A stretch of 32,000 bases of DNA, taken from NCBI GenBank assembly GCA_964551375.1, contig CAZKBG010000001.1, positions 570,001 through 602,000 of the forward strand. The letters run 5' to 3'. Position 1 is the stretch's first letter. Each line of letters starts with the position of its first letter. The notes under the pieces were generated by a model. The model searched no databases, was not told the DNA's origin, and saw only the letters and a list, made by a program, of their open reading frames with translations. The DNA comes from an uncultured archaeon. GTDB lineage: Archaea; Iainarchaeota; Iainarchaeia; Iainarchaeales; JAAZKV01. Below, piece after piece: positions 17,205-26,217 of this stretch. Made by a program: the position numbers and the translations under genes.

Positions 17205-17322
17205 CAAAAAACCCTTAATTTATTGAATAAACCCCTTGGTTGTAAATACTTTAACTCACTTTTATATATAAGGTTTCGCCCTTATATATTATTATAGATA
17301 CACTTACGAAGGCACGATTTTG

Positions 17323-18546
17323 ATGAAGAAGAAAGTGTTTGTAATATGCGTTGACCGCGATAATGATTTGGGCAGAAAAGCCAAAGTAAGCGGGCCTGTT
17401 ATAGGAAAAGAGAGAAACCTTGAAGCTGCGCAGAAACTAATCCTTGCGGACCCGAGCGAAAGCGACGCAAATACAATGTTTGCCGCGCTTTCAAAGCTTG
17501 AAGAAGCAAAAAAACTTTACAAAAACGTTGAAATTGCAACAATCACAGGCGAAGGCAAAATAGGACTTGCTGCAGACAAGGAAATAAATAGACAGCTTGA
17601 TATTATTGAAAAAGAATACTTAATTGATGGGTGGATATTAATCACTGACGGAGCAGAAGATTCGCAAGTAATGCCAATCCTTCAGTCCAGAGCAAAAATA
17701 ATCTCAACAGAACAAGTGATAATTAGACAAGCTCAGGCGGTTGAATCAACTTTTTACACAATAAAAGAAGCGCTTAAAGACCCGGGGATTGCAAGACTTG
17801 CACTCGGAGTGCCAGGAATACTTTTACTAACATTCTTTTTCCTTGGACAGCAATCAATACAAGTAATTGCACTAATCGCAGGAGCATACCTGCTCCTAAA
17901 AGGATTTGGAATTGAAGACAGAATATTTGCATTTGCAAGAATGGTTACGGGCAGCCTCACAGACCAGAGATATATGAGCTTTGTAATGTACATCGCGGCG
18001 CTGCTGCTACCTCTTGTAGGAATATGGATTGCATACATGCAGTTAATGTCCTCCGAATTTATTGACATAAGCATTGATGTTGCAAGCGCGCTAAGAACAT
18101 TTTACCCATTCATTGTATCAAGCGCAATAGTATTAATCGCGGGAAGAGCAACCGATTCTGTTTACGCTAAAAAAGCATACAAACTCGGCGACCATATAGT
18201 TCAGGGACTTGCAATAGTGTGCGCATGGGCGATAATTGACGCAGGAACTTTAGTATTCCTTCGACAAGCCGAGCTCGCATGGCTTCCTGCAAATATCATG
18301 GTAAGCTTTGTTATCCTAATAATCGCAATGAGAATAGGAAAAACATTTGATGTAAGAGAAAGAGTGTCAAAACTATTCCTTGGGCTTAATGCAATTGACG
18401 AACAGGGAAATTATCTTGGAAAAGTAATTGAAGCAAACAAAGCAAAACAAGTAATTGTAATACAAGAACCGAAAACTCTGAAGAAGCTTGAAAAGAAAAG
18501 AGAACAATTCACAGTAAGCAACGGAAGAATACTTGTATTTTCATAA
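17323..18546 (+). CDS. DUF373-family archaeal membrane protein
   Basis: VFVICVDRDNDLGRKAKVSGPVIGKERNLEAAQKLILADPSESDANTMFAA, ITDGAEDSQVMPIL and IIRQAQAVESTFY match my memory of DUF373. A C-terminal polytopic membrane domain follows. A candidate TATA (ttatatat, 17282-17289) lies upstream. Confidence 0.7.
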   Translation: MKKKVFVICVDRDNDLGRKAKVSGPVIGKERNLEAAQKLILADPSESDANTMFAALSKLEEAKKLYKNVEIATITGEGKIGLAADKEINRQLDIIEKEYLIDGWILITDGAEDSQVMPILQSRAKIISTEQVIIRQAQAVESTFYTIKEALKDPGIARLALGVPGILLLTFFFLGQQSIQVIALIAGAYLLLKGFGIEDRIFAFARMVTGSLTDQRYMSFVMYIAALLLPLVGIWIAYMQLMSSEFIDISIDVASALRTFYPFIVSSAIVLIAGRATDSVYAKKAYKLGDHIVQGLAIVCAWAIIDAGTLVFLRQAELAWLPANIMVSFVILIIAMRIGKTFDVRERVSKLFLGLNAIDEQGNYLGKVIEANKAKQVIVIQEPKTLKKLEKKREQFTVSNGRILVFS

Positions 18547-18596
18547 AAAAAGAAGAAATCTTCAACATTAATTAACCAACAAATAAAGGGTTATTC

Positions 18597-19310
18597 ATGC
18601 CTCAAAAAATAAATTCCACCCCCATAAGCGAAATAGTGTTCATCACCCATCCTGCGTGGCCTGCGACTGTAAAATCAATGGCGGCAACAGACAAATTCTA
18701 CCGAAGAACACCTGCGCAGATAAAAGATCATTTTGAAAACGAGCTTGTTCCAAGAATACGAAAATTTGGAAAAGGAACATTAATAGTTCTTATAAAAAAT
18801 CCACCTGATGAAGGCGCAGCGCACAAAATGCAAATGGATAAAATTCTGAATGAAGCCGCAAAAGGAGCGCCAAGACAAACTGCCCCTCGCGAAGGACTAA
18901 AAAGAATCATTTCAAGAGTTAGGCGCAGGCATAAAGAAAGCTACTCAAGAGAAAGAAAAGCAAAAGGCGTTGAAAAATACATTGAAGCAAGAGTGAGGGA
19001 AATAAATCCAGGAAGATTTTTTGTCACAAACGGAAGAACCTTTGGATACACAAAAGAATCAATAGCAATTGAAATTCAAAAATGGATTTATGCTAATAAG
19101 ATACCGCTTGCCCCCCAAGTAGCAGTAAGAGGAATGGGGGCTTGGAGAGAGCAGTGCGCGACAAAATACCCACTAACCCTTGCAAAGCTTTTATCTTTAG
19201 CCGCAAAAAGAAACGCTAAATTTGAGCTGATAAAAGAAGCCACAATACCCGCAGTCCAGCGGAAAGGAAACTTCAAAACAAGAACCCAGCTTCACAGGCC
19301 GGGAAGATAG
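18597..19310 (+). CDS. Hypothetical basic protein, no recognised family
   Basis: 237-aa ORF with an ATG start that fills the whole gap between DUF373 and lon. The central segment is Arg/Lys-rich (RIISRVRRRHKESYSRERKAKG). I recognise no motifs. Confidence 0.5.
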   Translation: MPQKINSTPISEIVFITHPAWPATVKSMAATDKFYRRTPAQIKDHFENELVPRIRKFGKGTLIVLIKNPPDEGAAHKMQMDKILNEAAKGAPRQTAPREGLKRIISRVRRRHKESYSRERKAKGVEKYIEARVREINPGRFFVTNGRTFGYTKESIAIEIQKWIYANKIPLAPQVAVRGMGAWREQCATKYPLTLAKLLSLAAKRNAKFELIKEATIPAVQRKGNFKTRTQLHRPGR

Positions 19311-19312
19311 AA

Positions 19313-21352
19313 TTATGCTTTTTCAACAAGAACAGGCTTTCCAAGCGATTTTTTAGCATCGCTTAAAACATCGTCTTTAGTATAAACAGCTTTTAATAAA
19401 TCTTTTAAGAAAGATTTCTTTTCCTTTGAATCATCAAGCGCAGCTTCAAGAACCTGAACAAGATTTGAAACAGGAATTATTTTTACTTTTGCAAGCTCCT
19501 CTTTTTGAACAACAATATCATTCATGTTGCTTGTGGGAACAATTATTTCCTTAAAACCCGCTTTAATCGCAGCGGTGACTTTTGAAGAAACTCCCCCCAC
19601 TGGAAGAACTTCCCCTCTTACTGAAAGAGAGCCAGTCATTGCAACGCACTGCTTTACAGCTAAATTTTGTGTCGCGCTGATTACAGCAGTTGCTATTGAA
19701 ACACTTGCGCTGTCCCCTTCAACTCCTTCATAAGTCTGGAGGAACTGAATGTGAATATCCTTCAAAAACTCCTGCCCTGACATTTTCTTAAAAATTACGC
19801 TCACATTCTGAACTGCTTCCTTTGCAATTTCCCCAAGCTTTCCAGTGGCAATAACTTTGCTTTCATTTTTTGAGCTTGGCGGAGTAACTGCCGCTTCAAT
19901 CGGGATGATGCTTCCGGCGCTTCCGTCTCCAAATACTGCGAGCCCGTTAACTCTTCCAACAATTTTACCATTAATTAAATAAACTTCATAATCCTTCTTT
20001 GTCTCAATCATTTTGTCAACCATCTGATTCTCAAGAGTCCTTGCAGAAAGCTTTGCTTCAAAAACATCCTGCCTTACAACGTAAGGGTGCCCTTTTTCTT
20101 TTGCAATATCCCCTGCGGCTCTTACTAATCCTCCAAGGTCACGAAGCTTAAGCGTAAGTTTTCCTTTATGATCAGACCTTCTTCTTGCTTCAAAAATGAT
20201 TTCTTCAACAGCTTCCCTTGTGAAGTGAGGAATTTTTCCGTCCTTTGTAACTTCCTGAGCAACAAACTGAGCAATTCTTGCCCTGTTCTCTTCATTATCA
20301 TCCATATCCACATTCATGTAAACTTCATAACCGTAACCTCTGATTCTTGAGCGAAGAGCGGGATGAACTTTCCTTAAATCATCATAATTACCTGCCGCAA
20401 CCAAAACAAAATCACACGGAACCGGCTCTGTTCGAGTCATTGCCCCGCTTGAATTCTCGCTCTGGCCTGTGATTGAGTATTTCTTTTCCTGCATCGCAGT
20501 CAAAAGCTCCTGCTGGGATTTGTGAGACAACGTCGCAATTTCATCAATAAACAAAACTCCGCCACTTGCTCGGTGAATCATTCCGGGCTCCACTCTTAAA
20601 TGAGGAGGAGTTCCTAAACCGCCTGACTGAAGAGGATCATGCCTCACATCCCCTAAAAGCGCTCCGGCTCTTGCGCCTGTTGCCTCAAAAAAAGGAGCAA
20701 TCTTTTTTCCCAAATTATTAATTAAAAGTTTTGGAATAAGAACAGTTTCCTTTGAGCGCATCTGCCCGCTTACCGCAATTCCAACTAAAAACAAAGTGCC
20801 CATCAAAAGAAGAGCTGCAAAAATAATATCGCTAATCCACTTTAACTGCCAAATAACGCTTGAGAAAAGCATCCATCCAAGAGGAAGAAGCAATGAAACA
20901 AATCTTCCAGAATCTTCAATCTGCTTTGCGTCCATGTGCGCAGAATCAAGAACTTTTTTTCCTTCACCGGCTTTAATCACTCTAACTTTTGGATTATTAG
21001 GATCATCGCCGTTTGGGTAAATTAAAATATCCTGCAAAACTCCAACCGGAAGAATCTCGCTCATCGCCTGCGCGATTAAAGATTTTCCTGTCCCTGGCAA
21101 TCCAACAAGAAGAACATTTCTTTTCTGGGCAGCGGCTTTTCTAATAATTTCAATGCTCTTTTCCTGCCCGATAACCTGCCCAATCAAACCCGGGGACACG
21201 CTAATCTGGGAAGTATTATCAAAATGAGAAAAATCAAATTTCTTCGGGTCAAAATAACCCAGCATCGCATTAGCCTTGGCTAAAAGAGTCGCTCTTGAGG
21301 GCAATTTTGAAAGACTTCTTTTAGGAGAAGCTTTTTTTCTTTTTTTAGGCAT
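19313..21352 (-). CDS. lon: Archaeal membrane-bound Lon protease (LonB)
   Basis: Walker A is [11 protein letters not shown] and Walker B is GVLFIDEI. Hydrophobic helices are inserted in the AAA+ module ([15 protein letters not shown]...[17 protein letters not shown]). The protease domain carries [15 protein letters not shown]. Confidence 0.9.
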   Translation of the reverse strand: MPKKRKKASPKRSLSKLPSRATLLAKANAMLGYFDPKKFDFSHFDNTSQISVSPGLIGQVIGQEKSIEIIRKAAAQKRNVLLVGLPGTGKSLIAQAMSEILPVGVLQDILIYPNGDDPNNPKVRVIKAGEGKKVLDSAHMDAKQIEDSGRFVSLLLPLGWMLFSSVIWQLKWISDIIFAALLLMGTLFLVGIAVSGQMRSKETVLIPKLLINNLGKKIAPFFEATGARAGALLGDVRHDPLQSGGLGTPPHLRVEPGMIHRASGGVLFIDEIATLSHKSQQELLTAMQEKKYSITGQSENSSGAMTRTEPVPCDFVLVAAGNYDDLRKVHPALRSRIRGYGYEVYMNVDMDDNEENRARIAQFVAQEVTKDGKIPHFTREAVEEIIFEARRRSDHKGKLTLKLRDLGGLVRAAGDIAKEKGHPYVVRQDVFEAKLSARTLENQMVDKMIETKKDYEVYLINGKIVGRVNGLAVFGDGSAGSIIPIEAAVTPPSSKNESKVIATGKLGEIAKEAVQNVSVIFKKMSGQEFLKDIHIQFLQTYEGVEGDSASVSIATAVISATQNLAVKQCVAMTGSLSVRGEVLPVGGVSSKVTAAIKAGFKEIIVPTSNMNDIVVQKEELAKVKIIPVSNLVQVLEAALDDSKEKKSFLKDLLKAVYTKDDVLSDAKKSLGKPVLVEKA

Positions 21353-21471
21353 AACTAAAACTTCCTATGAAGGGTTAAAAAAGGTAATTAATGCGATAAA
21401 AGCAGGCAAAAAATCACTACTGCAAAAACAGCATTCTGCAAATTAACTTCAAAAAGTCAGTTTAGACATTA

Positions 21472-21479
21472 TTTATATA
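21472..21479 (+). promoter_or_regulatory. Candidate TATA box for rnz (leaderless geometry)
   Basis: Consensus-like TTTATATA is centred about 26 nt upstream of ATG 21502, which favours that ATG over ATG 21493. Confidence 0.4.
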
Positions 21480-21501
21480 CTTAATAGAAGAAATGATTGA
21501 T

Positions 21502-22410
21502 ATGGAACCAATCAAAATCACTTTTCTTGGAACAAGCGGAAGCGTGCCGCAAAAAGACAAGAATTTTGCAAGCGCCGTGCTGGCTTATAGAGGAGATTTG
21601 CTTTTATTTGACTGCCCAGAAGGAACGCAGAGGCAATTAATGAACTCGGAACACTCGCTCATGGGAATTGACAATATTTTTATCTCACACATGCATGCTG
21701 ACCACTTCCTTGGATTATTCGGATGGATTTCAACAATGACGCTAAACCAGAGAAAAAACAAACTCACTATCTGGAGCCCAAAAGGCGGAAGCGAGAAAAT
21801 CAAAAAAATAATGAGAGAAGTTATTTACCCAAGCTTTGAAATAGAATACAAGGAAATTACAAAAAGAAAACTAATTGAAAACGAATTTTTTGAAATCAGC
21901 GCATTTCCTTTAAAGCATGAAATACCCTGCTTTGGATTTAAATTCAAGGAAAATGACAAACTTGGAGAGTTCAACCGCAAAAAAGCGGAAAAGCTTGGAA
22001 TACCTGTTGGCCCGCTTTACTCAAAACTCGCAAAAGGAGAAAGCGTAAAAGTAAACGGCAAAATATTCAAGCCAAAAGATGTTATGGATTACACTAAAAA
22101 AAGAGAAGGAAGAAAAATTGTTTTTGTTTCTGACACTAGACCCACTTCTGAAGCAGTAAAAGAAGCTAAAGGCGCGGAGCTTTTAGTTCATGAAGCGACT
22201 TTTCTTGATGAGCAAAAAGAAAAAGCAATTGAAGCAATGCACACAACCGTGGGAGAAGCTTGCGAAATAGCAAAAAAAGCAGGAGTAAAGAAACTTGCCC
22301 TGTTTCACTTCAGCGCGAGAAACAATGATGACTCAATAATACTTGCAGAAGCAAAAAAAGCATTCCATAATTCAATTGTGCCAAAACAATTTGAGACAAT
22401 AATTGTTTAA
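21502..22410 (+). CDS. rnz: Ribonuclease Z (tRNA 3' endonuclease)
   Basis: MEPIKITFLGTSGSVP, ISHMHADHFLGLFG (HxHxDH) and ~300 aa with the short-form RNase Z layout. The alternative start is ATG 21493. Confidence 0.8.
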   Translation: MEPIKITFLGTSGSVPQKDKNFASAVLAYRGDLLLFDCPEGTQRQLMNSEHSLMGIDNIFISHMHADHFLGLFGWISTMTLNQRKNKLTIWSPKGGSEKIKKIMREVIYPSFEIEYKEITKRKLIENEFFEISAFPLKHEIPCFGFKFKENDKLGEFNRKKAEKLGIPVGPLYSKLAKGESVKVNGKIFKPKDVMDYTKKREGRKIVFVSDTRPTSEAVKEAKGAELLVHEATFLDEQKEKAIEAMHTTVGEACEIAKKAGVKKLALFHFSARNNDDSIILAEAKKAFHNSIVPKQFETIIV

Positions 22411-22457
22411 TTTAAGCCATTAAATTAATCATTTGAAGAAGTTTAAACTGCAAGGGA

Positions 22458-23018
22458 TTACTTTTTTACTTCATCAACTTTTCCTTCAAGAACAAACTTT
22501 TCTTTTCCTTCAGTGGCTTTAACTACAACATCAGTTAATTCCTTCTCTTTTGAAATCAGAGCAGATTCTTTCTTCATCACAAGCTTTTCAAACACTGCCT
22601 GCGTTATTTCCCTTCGTAGAAATTTTGCCTCAAGAAGACCCATCTCCGAGCGCAAAAGCTCAGTTTCCCTTAAAATCATCCCGATTTTAGCCCTTCTAAA
22701 TTTTGTTGGATTAGTCAGAACCGCGGATATTTTATCCACTTTTGCCCCCACCTCAATCACAGGAGCCTTCTTTAAACGGTACATTGAAAGCTCGGCTTCA
22801 AGAAGCTCCTCCTCAATCTGGTCCACAATTGAAGAAAATACATTTTTCTTGATCTTTCCCTGCATAAACTTTCTCTCAGCAATCGAAAGCTTCTCCCTTG
22901 CGGAAGAAATTCTTCCCCTCAATTCTTCAGGAGTGGGGGAGGAAGAGCGCAGGATTAAATAAACAATAAGCGCGCAAATAACCACCGCAATTAACACAAC
23001 CGCAATAACCTCAATCAT
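22458..23018 (-). CDS. Hypothetical membrane-anchored protein with two SHOCT-like repeats
   Basis: N-terminal TM helix (MIEVIAVVLIAVVICALIVYLIL). Two related helical segments follow: AERKFMQGKIKKNVFSSIVDQIEEELLEAE and LEAKFLRREITQAVFEKLVMKKESALISKE. Confidence 0.5.
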   Translation of the reverse strand: MIEVIAVVLIAVVICALIVYLILRSSSPTPEELRGRISSAREKLSIAERKFMQGKIKKNVFSSIVDQIEEELLEAELSMYRLKKAPVIEVGAKVDKISAVLTNPTKFRRAKIGMILRETELLRSEMGLLEAKFLRREITQAVFEKLVMKKESALISKEKELTDVVVKATEGKEKFVLEGKVDEVKK

Positions 23019-23103
23019 AAAGGAGAAACGACTGACTGGATTAAATTACTTTCGCTTGACAAAATAGGTTATATATGAACACTAATTCATAGGAGGAATT
23101 CAT

Positions 23104-23733
23104 ATGACTGAACATGTATTAAAGCCAAGACCATACACTGACGAGGAGGCTAAAAAGTTACTCGCAAAAGTAATAAGCCCTGAAACAAGCGACTGGCACT
23201 ACAACACACATCACAAAGGATATATCACTAAAAGAAATGAAATTGAAAAAAAGCTTGAAGAAGGCGGAGAAGCGATAAGAGGCGCCGCCAACGCTAACTT
23301 TTCCGAATTTGGAGAACTAAAAAGAAGAGAAACATTCAACGCAAACGGCGCAATACTGCATGACATTTACTGGGAGAACCTTGGCGGAGACGGAAACGCT
23401 GAAAAGGCAAAAGAACTAAAGAAAAAAATAGAAGCTGATTTTGGCTCTATTGACAAATGGAAAAGCGATTTTAAAGCAACAGCGCTTGCGGCAAAAAACT
23501 CAGGGTGGGCAGTGCTTGTAATTGACAAACTAAGCGACGGCAAATTAAGAAACCTTTTAATTGACGAGCACGGCGTTGGCGCAATATGGGGAGCTGAGCC
23601 GATAGTAGCATGCGATGTGTTTGAGCACTCATACTACCACAAAGACGGGCCCAAAAGAGCTTTGTATATAGACAATTTCATAGCAGGGCTTCACTGGGAC
23701 AGGATTGAAAACAGATTTAAGAAAAGCCAATAA
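23104..23733 (+). CDS. sod: Fe/Mn superoxide dismutase
   Basis: WHYNTHHKGY, ILHDIYWENL and CDVFEHSYY correspond to the Fe/Mn-SOD metal-ligand motifs. A perfect AGGAGG lies 7 nt upstream of the ATG. Confidence 0.85.
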   Translation: MTEHVLKPRPYTDEEAKKLLAKVISPETSDWHYNTHHKGYITKRNEIEKKLEEGGEAIRGAANANFSEFGELKRRETFNANGAILHDIYWENLGGDGNAEKAKELKKKIEADFGSIDKWKSDFKATALAAKNSGWAVLVIDKLSDGKLRNLLIDEHGVGAIWGAEPIVACDVFEHSYYHKDGPKRALYIDNFIAGLHWDRIENRFKKSQ

Positions 23734-23906
23734 CAAGGTTGAGAATAAAACTAATTAGACAATTGCTCTGCAAAATGAGCGGGGCAATTTGTCCAAAAAA
23801 TAATATTCAAAAGCTATATTTTTAATAACAACGCGACACATGTTTGAAGGGTTTTTTGAATAATGGAACACCCAGTAAAAGAGAAACTAATTTTAGCAAA
23901 AAGAAG

Positions 23907-24818
23907 ATGAAGAGCATCTTGTCCATCTCCGATTTTACAAGAGGGGATATAGAGCAAATACTTTTTCGAGCAGGCGAGCTTGAAAAAATGAAAAGAGAGG
24001 ATAAATTAAAAATACTCCACGGAAAAATTGTGGCAAGCCTATTTTTTGAGCCATCAACAAGAACAAGACTAAGTTTTGAAACAGCAGCTCAAAATCTTGG
24101 CGCAAGGATTGTTGGATTTTCCGATCCAAGCGTGACAAGCACATCAAAAGGAGAAATACTATCAGACACAATTAGAATTGTGGAAAAATACGCTGACTAC
24201 ATAGTGATGAGGCATTATATTGAAGGCGCGGCAAGAAGAGCGGATGAGCTCACCATAAAACCTGTAATAAACGCTGGGGACGGGGCAAACCAGCACCCTA
24301 CTCAAACACTGCTGGACCTTTATACAATACAAAAAGAATACGGAAAAATTGACGGAACAAAAATCATGCTGGCTGGAGACTTAAGGCACGGCAGGACAGT
24401 ACACAGCCTTCTTCAGGCGCTTGCGCTGTTTAAGGACACCCAAGTAGTGCTTGCGGCGCCAAAAGGACTTGAAATGCCCCAAAGCGTAATTGACGACACA
24501 AAAGGAAGAGTGAAGATAAAATCATACAGCACAATCGAAGAAGGAGCGGGAGAAGTGGATGTGATTTATGCAACACGAATTCAAAAAGAAAGATTTTCGG
24601 ATGAAAAAGATTACTTGAAAATCAAAGACGCATACACCATAACACAGGAACTAATCCGAACAATAAATCCAAAATTAAAAATAATGCACCCACTGCCAAG
24701 AGTGAATGAAATAGAGCACGAGCTTGACAAAACCGAAAATGCAATTTATTTCAAACAGGCGGCAAACGGAATCCCTGTTCGCGAAGCAATACTATCAATG
24801 CTGGAGGCGAGAGAATGA
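23907..24818 (+). CDS. pyrB: Aspartate carbamoyltransferase catalytic subunit
   Basis: FFEPSTRTRLSFE, HPTQ, RHGRTVHSL and HPLPR. Trimmed from TTG 23844 to ATG 23907 (MKSILSISDF...), which gives a canonical N-terminus. Confidence 0.9.
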   Translation: MKSILSISDFTRGDIEQILFRAGELEKMKREDKLKILHGKIVASLFFEPSTRTRLSFETAAQNLGARIVGFSDPSVTSTSKGEILSDTIRIVEKYADYIVMRHYIEGAARRADELTIKPVINAGDGANQHPTQTLLDLYTIQKEYGKIDGTKIMLAGDLRHGRTVHSLLQALALFKDTQVVLAAPKGLEMPQSVIDDTKGRVKIKSYSTIEEGAGEVDVIYATRIQKERFSDEKDYLKIKDAYTITQELIRTINPKLKIMHPLPRVNEIEHELDKTENAIYFKQAANGIPVREAILSMLEARE

Positions 24819-25261
24819 AAGACATAAAAATCACCCCTATAAAAAGCGGGACAGCAATAGACCACCTTCACGCAGGAAGCGCGTATAAGATTCTGCAAAT
24901 AATGGGAATACAAAAACACACTGTGACAATAGGAATGAATGTGGAAAGCACCAAAATGGGAAAAAAGGACATCATTTTTGTGGAAGGAAAGGAAATAAGC
25001 GAAAAAGAGCTGAACAAAATCGCAATCATAGGGCACGGAGCCACAATAAACATTATCAATGACGGAACTATTTCAAAAAAATTCAAACTCGCCCCTCCAG
25101 AATACATTGAAGGGCTTGTGAAATGCTCAAATAAAAAATGCATCACAAACGCTGAAAAAATTCCAACAAAATTTGATGTGAATCTTGAAAAAATGGAAGG
25201 CAGGTGCAAATACTGCGAGCAAAAGATGAATGAAATTGAAATGCTGGAATCAATTACTTAA
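24815..25261 (+). CDS. pyrI: Aspartate carbamoyltransferase regulatory subunit
   Basis: ITPIKSGTAIDHL and Zn-domain cysteines CSNKKC...CKYC. ATGA overlap with the pyrB stop. Confidence 0.9.
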   Translation: MKDIKITPIKSGTAIDHLHAGSAYKILQIMGIQKHTVTIGMNVESTKMGKKDIIFVEGKEISEKELNKIAIIGHGATINIINDGTISKKFKLAPPEYIEGLVKCSNKKCITNAEKIPTKFDVNLEKMEGRCKYCEQKMNEIEMLESIT

Positions 25262-25287
25262 AAAAAGTTTAGATTTGCTTTTGGGCG

Positions 25288-25413
25288 TTACTTAAAGTAG
25301 CGCTCAAACTGCATGCGGTCCCTTTTTTTTGCCTCAAAGCCAAGAAGAAAAAGAATCACAATAATTATTACAACCAAAATTGCAAAAAGCAAAAACTCTA
25401 TTTCTTCAAACAT
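25288..25413 (-). CDS. Candidate 41-aa single-TM small protein (below the ORF-track cut-off)
   Basis: Hand translation gives MFEEIEFLLFAILVVIIIVILFLLGFEAKKRDRMQFERYFK*. It occupies most of an otherwise empty 173-nt gap, on the same strand as and just downstream of the MBL-fold gene. Confidence 0.3.
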   Translation of the reverse strand: MFEEIEFLLFAILVVIIIVILFLLGFEAKKRDRMQFERYFK

Positions 25414-25434
25414 TTAAAGCATCCCAAAAAAATA

Positions 25435-26112
25435 TTAAAACTTAAAAGTCCCGCCCATCTCAAGAAGCACGGGCTTTGTTTTCAACACGCTTTTTTCAAT
25501 CCTTCGCTTAAAATCAGGAATATCAACTTTTTTTTCTTCAAACACATCATACTGCATTGGGATTACAAAATCAGGCTTGATTAACTTAGTTGCCCTTACA
25601 GCATCCACTACATCCATGCTCTTTGAGCTTATCGGAAGAAGCGCCATATTGGCCTTCACTTCATTAAAATTATCTAAAAGAGCTGTAACTCCCGCGTGGT
25701 AAATTTTCTTTCCGCCATACTCAAGCAAAAATCCCAACGGGTAAAAACTTTTAGGATAATGAGCGGTTTTTGTTTTAATTTTTACTCCGCGCAGATTAAT
25801 CTCCTCATTTGAGCGGATTGCGCTTTTTAAGTTTCTTGGAAGATTCAATTTCTGAAGCGCGCCCTCATGAGCAATAACAATCGCGTTATTTTTAATCGCA
25901 AGCTCTTCAACAGCCTTCGGGTCAAAGTGCTCCGGAGTTTCGTTTGAAACAAAAATCAGGGACACATTCTTAAAATCGCTCTGCTTTGATTTAATTTTAA
26001 TTTTCTTCTTAAAATTAGTAGGAGATGATTCAAAAATAGGGTCAATTAAAATGCACGATGAGCCGTCACAGATTTTGAAAAATGCATGACCAAAATAAGA
26101 GAGCTCTACCAT
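25435..26112 (-). CDS. MBL-fold protein of the UPF0173 type with degenerate metal-binding motifs
   Basis: Collinear with UPF0173 metal-dependent hydrolases (YFGHAFFKI...ILIDP, IYHAG.TAL, LLPI, VIPM.Y). HxHxDH is replaced by NETPEH, GD by GV and PMHY by PMQY. Confidence 0.7.
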   Translation of the reverse strand: MVELSYFGHAFFKICDGSSCILIDPIFESSPTNFKKKIKIKSKQSDFKNVSLIFVSNETPEHFDPKAVEELAIKNNAIVIAHEGALQKLNLPRNLKSAIRSNEEINLRGVKIKTKTAHYPKSFYPLGFLLEYGGKKIYHAGVTALLDNFNEVKANMALLPISSKSMDVVDAVRATKLIKPDFVIPMQYDVFEEKKVDIPDFKRRIEKSVLKTKPVLLEMGGTFKF

Positions 26113-26217
26113 GACATATTCTTATTATACAAGGTTTAAATTCATACCTTACAGCAAAAATTGGACAAAAAATGCGAAAAACGAACAATTAAAAAAACAA
26201 AGACGCACTAATTCATC

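Noticed and set aside
22408-22427. Perfect 8-bp inverted repeat taatttaa / ttaaatta between convergent rnz and the SHOCT-like gene
   Set aside because: The stem is A/T only, has negligible stability and is expected by chance in AT-rich spacers. I did not call it as a terminator.
23056-23076. Bacterial-looking TTGACA followed by TATATA upstream of sod
   Set aside because: The spacing is only 8 nt rather than about 17, and the gene content of the window is unambiguously archaeal. The A/T box is better read as an archaeal TATA element.
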